Virus record (IMG/VR): IMGVR_UViG_3300032322_001962 | Location: 1 to 33,517 of that record | Reading direction: 5' to 3' (one strand) | DNA length: 33,517 bases | From: a virus | Lineage: Duplodnaviria; Caudoviricetes | Shown: positions 28,634-33,517 of the stretch, one piece after another | Layout of the letters: each line of letters starts with the position of its first letter | Numbering within the stretch: the first letter of the stretch is position 1 | Notes under the pieces: model-generated | Seen by the model: only the letters and a program-made list of their open reading frames with translations | Databases searched by the model: none | What the model was told of the DNA's origin: nothing | Program-made: the position numbers and the translations under genes

Positions 28634-29206
28634 ATGATGAAAACTTTCAAAGAATATCTATCAGAAAGCAAAAAAGTCTACAACTTTAAAATTAAAGTTG
28701 CCGGAGAATTGCCAGAATCATTTCAAGATCACCTTAAAGGTAGCTTAGAAAGATGTAAAGTGATTAAATTAGAAAAGTTAAGCACTACACCAATTCAAGC
28801 ATTACCTCTAGATTTTCCTACAAAGAAAAATGCAGAAGTTCATATTTTTGAAGTTGTTTGCGAATATCCAATAACAGCTCCTGAAATATCTAATGATTTA
28901 AAAATGTTAGGATTAGACGAGGACTGTTTTAGAGTTAGAGGCAGCGGCGAACCTAGTGAAGTTGAGCAGGCATTAAATAACGAAGTTATTAATCCAGATG
29001 GATTACTAACCGATAGTCATTATAAAGAAGCACCAAATGTCAAACACAAAGATTATTTTGGTGATGATTTCAACAAAGGTTTCTTAAAAGATTTAGAAAA
29101 GTCTTCTAAACAAAGAAAAAAAGAAAGTACAGGGCCACAAGAATTTAAACTGCCCAAGGCTAAAGAAGACAAGGCCGGCCTTAAAAGCGCCATGGGGAGT
29201 AAATAA
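28634..29206 (+). CDS. Hypothetical protein, candidate internal head protein
   Basis: N-terminus MKTFKEYLSE resembles the T4 capsid targeting sequence; late box upstream. Confidence 0.6.
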   Translation: MMKTFKEYLSESKKVYNFKIKVAGELPESFQDHLKGSLERCKVIKLEKLSTTPIQALPLDFPTKKNAEVHIFEVVCEYPITAPEISNDLKMLGLDEDCFRVRGSGEPSEVEQALNNEVINPDGLLTDSHYKEAPNVKHKDYFGDDFNKGFLKDLEKSSKQRKKESTGPQEFKLPKAKEDKAGLKSAMGSK

Positions 29207-29889
29207 TGGATTTTCAACAACTATTAGCAAGAATGCAGGAAATAGATACACCTGTTCCTGAACAAACAACTAACGAGATGGGCTGCGGAGACAATCCTAT
29301 GCCTCCGATGCAGCAGAAACCAGATACACCACCTCCTTCGATGAGTGTGAACATGAATGCTCAAGGCATGGACAGCATCGAAGAACTGTTAAAGTTGATC
29401 ACTAAGGTAAATCCAGATATGGATAAACCAACTTTAGGTGCTGAACCGAGTATAATGAGTATTAAACCCGAGATGCCACCAACATCCGGTATTGGCGATT
29501 TAGGTAATTTAGATTCCGGTCCTCTAAAGATGCTACCTGATCTAGATAAAGAAGAACCTCATATGGAGCCAGACGGTGACGAAGGACCGGAAGTCAAAGG
29601 TTTAGACCGTGACAAAGATGGCGACCATGATATGGACGATCACGATTTAGAAAAGAAAGACAAAGACGAAGGATTTGCAAACGGAGCAGAAGACGACACT
29701 GAGCCAGAATATAAAGACACTGATTATATGTTAAACAAATTAGCCGGCGGCCTAGGACGTCAACAAACTATGTATAAACATAGCTATAAACAAGGTGATA
29801 ATCCAATGGCTATGGAAGGTGAAGACCTACGTGCAGCTATCCGAGCAGAATTATTACAAAGATTAGCAGAAGCTAAAGGAGCAAAGTAA
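29206..29889 (+). CDS. Acidic Pro/Met/Asp-rich hypothetical protein
   Basis: 227 aa, low complexity, DxDxDG motif; TAATG coupling. Confidence 0.65.
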   Translation: MDFQQLLARMQEIDTPVPEQTTNEMGCGDNPMPPMQQKPDTPPPSMSVNMNAQGMDSIEELLKLITKVNPDMDKPTLGAEPSIMSIKPEMPPTSGIGDLGNLDSGPLKMLPDLDKEEPHMEPDGDEGPEVKGLDRDKDGDHDMDDHDLEKKDKDEGFANGAEDDTEPEYKDTDYMLNKLAGGLGRQQTMYKHSYKQGDNPMAMEGEDLRAAIRAELLQRLAEAKGAK

Positions 29890-30329
29890 TGGCAGATTTA
29901 TTCGCATATGATGCTGCAAATGGCACATCTATAACAACCAATGCTAGAAAACTATTAGGCGATGGTACTGCAGGCATTGGACCATATACACGATTCGGTA
30001 CTCCGCAGTTACAGGCACTAAAAATCATATCTGCCACAATTAATTTTTCAACAACACCGTCCGCAGCCAACAGTAATCTTTACAAAGCAGTAACAGCATT
30101 ACAAGATTTAGCTGAAGTGTATTATGTTGGCGTGCCAGGAAATACTGCTACAGGTTTTGTGGCATTGGTACATCTTAATAAAACAGATACAGGAGACGGT
30201 TTTGGTGCGTCTAGCAGTGCAGACGGATCATATGAAAATATCGAAGACGAAATCCGTGTAGCATTAGGAACAGCTGAAAATGATGTTACAGTTACAAATG
30301 TAACGTTATCTGGTTTAACTTTCGCTTAA
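29889..30329 (+). CDS. Hypothetical protein, probably virion structural
   Basis: 146 aa, Ala/Thr/Gly-rich; GGAG Shine-Dalgarno and TAATG coupling; followed by a terminator. Confidence 0.65.
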   Translation: MADLFAYDAANGTSITTNARKLLGDGTAGIGPYTRFGTPQLQALKIISATINFSTTPSAANSNLYKAVTALQDLAEVYYVGVPGNTATGFVALVHLNKTDTGDGFGASSSADGSYENIEDEIRVALGTAENDVTVTNVTLSGLTFA

Positions 30330-30344
30330 CAAAAAACAATATCC

Positions 30345-30372
30345 AAATAGGCTCTTCGGAGCCTATTTTTTT
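30345..30372 (+). terminator. Rho-independent terminator with C(UUCG)G tetraloop
   Basis: AAATAGGCTC-TTCG-GAGCCTATTT followed by TTTT; this loop is typical of T4-like terminators. Confidence 0.9.
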
Positions 30373-30386
30373 CAGTAAATAACTGT

Positions 30387-31973
30387 ATGGGAAAATCTCT
30401 TGACGGCGTATTAATTAAAAAAGCTCATAAAACCGACAGATACACTCTGCAGGAAGTTGAGCATCTAGAAAAGTGTATGGATCCGGTAGACGGGCCTTTA
30501 TACTTTATGCGAAACTTTTTAAAGATACAGCATCCTGTTCGCGGAGCTATCGCATTTGAACCTTACGAATATCAGATAAGGCTAATTGAAGCTTATCATA
30601 ATCATAAAGATGTAATTGCCATGCTGCCTCGACAGATGGGTAAGACTACCTGTGCCTGCGGATATCTATTATGGTTTACTCAGTTTGTACCTGAAGCACA
30701 GGTACTTATCGCTGCACACAAATATGAAGGTGCGCAGGATATCATGAATCGATATAGATACGGTTACGAGAACCTGCCAGACTTTATCCGTGCCGGTGTT
30801 ATCAGTTATAACAGAAATACCATCGAGTTTGACAACGGTGCTCGTATACAAGCAACTACTACTACAGAAAACACAGGTCGTGGTAAATCTCTTTCTTTAA
30901 TTTACTGCGACGAGTTTGCGTTTGTGCAACCACCAGAAAAAGCCAAAGAATTCTGGACTGCTCTATCACCTACACTGTCCACAGGTGGTCGCGCTATTAT
31001 TACATCAACTCCAAACTCGGACGAAGATCAGTTCGCTATGATCTGGACCGAAGCTAATAAAAAGTTTGACGAATATGGCAATGAACAACAAATAGGGGTT
31101 AACGGATTTTTTAGCTATTTTGCTCATTGGAACGAACATCCTGATCGAGATGAAGAATGGGCTAAAACTGAAAGAGCTAAAATCGGAGAAGAACGTTTCC
31201 GCAGAGAATTTGATTGCGAATTCTTGATATTTGACGAAACCCTAATCAACGCAGTTAAATTAGCAGAACTGCAAGGAAAAGAACCTTCGATGACCATGGG
31301 CCAAACTAGGTGGTATAAGGACATAGATCCGAGGGCTACATATCTAGTTGCATTAGATCCTAGTCTAGGCACAGGCGGGGACTACGCTGCTATTCAGGTA
31401 TTTGAAATGCCTACTATGGAACAGGTAGCAGAATGGCGGCACAACCTTACTCCGGTACAGGTGCAGGTCAAACATCTTAGAGAAATTTGTAAGTATATAG
31501 AAACTAGGTCTCAAGAAAAAGGCGGCGCAGCACAGATCTATTATAGTGTCGAAAACAACACTCTAGGTGAAGCTGCACTGATTGTTATTCGAGATATAGG
31601 AGAAGAAAACTTCCCAGGATTATTCTTATCTGAACCTATAAGAAAAGGACACGTTCGTAAGTTCCGTAAAGGATTCAATACAACACACAGAACTAAAATT
31701 TCAGCCTGCAGCCAATTTAAAAATCTTCTAGAAACCGGCAAAATGAAAGTATATTCAAAACCTTTGATATCGGAATTAAAAACTTACGTTGCACACGGTA
31801 TCGGGTTCGGAGCAAAAACAGGAGAGCACGACGACTTAGTTTCGGGCATTTTGTTAATTATAAGAATGGCTAATGTGCTCAGCGATTGGGATCCACATAT
31901 CTACGAAAAAATGACGGAAAAAATCTCGGAAGAACAGATGCCTATGCCTATATTTGTAAGCACTGGATTTTGA
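30387..31973 (+). CDS. terL: Terminase large subunit (T4 gp17-like)
   Basis: Walker A LPRQMGKTT, Walker B LIYCDEFAF, ITSTP coupling motif, RNase H-like LDPSLGTGGDY, ENN, HDDLV. Confidence 0.96.
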   Translation: MGKSLDGVLIKKAHKTDRYTLQEVEHLEKCMDPVDGPLYFMRNFLKIQHPVRGAIAFEPYEYQIRLIEAYHNHKDVIAMLPRQMGKTTCACGYLLWFTQFVPEAQVLIAAHKYEGAQDIMNRYRYGYENLPDFIRAGVISYNRNTIEFDNGARIQATTTTENTGRGKSLSLIYCDEFAFVQPPEKAKEFWTALSPTLSTGGRAIITSTPNSDEDQFAMIWTEANKKFDEYGNEQQIGVNGFFSYFAHWNEHPDRDEEWAKTERAKIGEERFRREFDCEFLIFDETLINAVKLAELQGKEPSMTMGQTRWYKDIDPRATYLVALDPSLGTGGDYAAIQVFEMPTMEQVAEWRHNLTPVQVQVKHLREICKYIETRSQEKGGAAQIYYSVENNTLGEAALIVIRDIGEENFPGLFLSEPIRKGHVRKFRKGFNTTHRTKISACSQFKNLLETGKMKVYSKPLISELKTYVAHGIGFGAKTGEHDDLVSGILLIIRMANVLSDWDPHIYEKMTEKISEEQMPMPIFVSTGF

Positions 31974-31984
31974 TAAATACAACT

Positions 31985-33517
31985 ATGAACGCAACAAATA
32001 ATATAGCTACAGACCTATTCTTTAAAATTAGAAGCAGATTTCAGGGCTTGAAATTGGGCGACGAAATGGGCCAAATTACCATCAATCCTGAAAACGCAAG
32101 GTTTTTCGACTTTGACTATATGGAGGGAGAACGTCCTATAGGCCATGTCAGTATAAGTTTAGCTGAACCAAATTCTATGAAAGTTTATTTTAGTTCCGGA
32201 ATCACAGAATCGATGGACGGAACTCAAAAAACTAATTGGTACGGATTTCTAAAAGAATTAAGAAATTTTGCCAAGCGAAGATTAATGGCGTTTGATACCA
32301 GAGATATCGCGAAAGATAATCTAGATAAAAGAGATTATGAATTCCTGTCTCAATATAACAAACCTAAGCCATCAGAACCAAATCAAATAATACAACAACC
32401 AGTTGGAGAAAATATTATGACAAATGTTGTCAGCGAAAGCTCTTTATACGGATCTAAAACTGTGAGCTATCAAAAATTAGAAGATACTAGATTAATAATT
32501 AAACATAGCCAAGCAGTAATGGACGACACACAACCAGGAGCAAGGACTAGAAATATCTCTGCGCTGTTTGTTGAAAACCAAGATGGAGAAAGATTTAAGT
32601 ATCCGTTCATCCATCTAGCAGGTGCTCGCGCTATGCAACGTCATGTGGCTAATGGTGGTTTGCCTTACGATGATATCGGCAAAAGCATTATTGAAATGAG
32701 CGAAGAAATAGCTCAATTAAAGAGTTTTGGCAATTATGTTGTTCGTAATGATCTGATGAATTCTATGAACAATAACATCGTAGAACGCAGTTCGGAATAT
32801 CTCGATTCTCTAAGAGAGCAAATCAAGGCCTTGTCTAAACAAAGTCATTATGAGGCATACAGAGAAAATTTCCAGGCACAGGACAGGTTAGAAGTTCCAG
32901 AAGAAGTAGTAGAACAATTTACTGATCAATTCACTGTTAGAAATTTTAAAGAAGATATTAAGAGCGTATTCCCTGTATTATATAGATTAATGAAAGAAAA
33001 CGAAATAGGCTATGACGACATAGTCGAAATGACAGCACAATCAGAGATCGAAGAAGAATCTACAGAGAAAAATAATGACCCTTTTGAAAATTTTGAAAGA
33101 TGGGTATACGCACTAGGCGAAGAATCGGCTGTAACCAGCGAAGATCCAGAAGAACAACAGGCAGCTATACAACAATTACAAGAATTAGTAGGTGAACATT
33201 TTCCAGCAGGTGTAGATGGTAGTAATGCTATCGAAAGCCTAAAAGGCATTATCGAAGATCCAGAATTGTTCAAACAAATCAAAGATCAGGCCAAAGAAGA
33301 TCCAGATGGTTGCGTCCGTCCTTTAGTGAAAGCTTGGTTAGAATCAAATGCACCAGAAGTAGTTGATCAATTAGATTTTGGTGATATGGTAGACGAACCT
33401 GCAAGAGATGTGGCGGAAGGCTCCTTCGGCAGTGGATATGGTAGTGTCTTTACATTATATGTAAACACTGGTGAAAAACCTTCTACAAAAACCAAAACTA
33501 AAAAATTCAAGCGTGAA
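31985..33517 (+). CDS. Large hypothetical protein, 3'-truncated (at least 511 aa; absent from the ORF track)
   Basis: ATG 31985 lies 5 nt after TAAATA; reads MNATNNIATDLFFKIRSRF...GERFKYPFIHLAGARAMQRHV...; I saw no in-frame stop before the window end. Confidence 0.8.
   Translation, partial: MNATNNIATDLFFKIRSRFQGLKLGDEMGQITINPENARFFDFDYMEGERPIGHVSISLAEPNSMKVYFSSGITESMDGTQKTNWYGFLKELRNFAKRRLMAFDTRDIAKDNLDKRDYEFLSQYNKPKPSEPNQIIQQPVGENIMTNVVSESSLYGSKTVSYQKLEDTRLIIKHSQAVMDDTQPGARTRNISALFVENQDGERFKYPFIHLAGARAMQRHVANGGLPYDDIGKSIIEMSEEIAQLKSFGNYVVRNDLMNSMNNNIVERSSEYLDSLREQIKALSKQSHYEAYRENFQAQDRLEVPEEVVEQFTDQFTVRNFKEDIKSVFPVLYRLMKENEIGYDDIVEMTAQSEIEEESTEKNNDPFENFERWVYALGEESAVTSEDPEEQQAAIQQLQELVGEHFPAGVDGSNAIESLKGIIEDPELFKQIKDQAKEDPDGCVRPLVKAWLESNAPEVVDQLDFGDMVDEPARDVAEGSFGSGYGSVFTLYVNTGEKPSTKTKTKKFKRE

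Noticed and set aside
1-33517. Stop-codon reassignment, introns or inteins
   Set aside because: Genes tile densely under the standard code, and terL and the sheath gene are uninterrupted with no intein motifs seen

Overview
This window is a 33.5 kb fragment of a large T4-like (myovirus-type) bacteriophage genome, read in the standard genetic code, covering part of the virion morphogenesis region. The left part (1-16.8 kb) is an accessory fibre/adhesin island. It holds two paralogous glycine-rich proteins, each followed by members of an uncharacterised small-protein family (three paralogs). Between the two copies lies an oppositely oriented 7-gene operon encoding six 2OG-Fe(II) oxygenase-like enzymes. 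Three fibre/structural proteins follow, one ending in a cupredoxin-type copper site. The right part is a rearranged T4-like core: gp15, gp14 and gp13 neck/tail-completion genes, dNMP kinase, an HNH-like protein, an enlarged tail sheath, tail tube, a tube-like baseplate protein, gp4 nuclease, a putative small terminase, candidate internal head proteins, the large terminase, and a long ORF running off the right end. A T4-late-promoter-like TAAATA/TAAGTA box sits 4-7 nt before the ATG of at least 11 genes, implying largely leaderless late mRNAs. No tRNA, rRNA, CRISPR array, integrase or reverse transcriptase was recognised. All assignments come from motif recognition by eye, without database searches.
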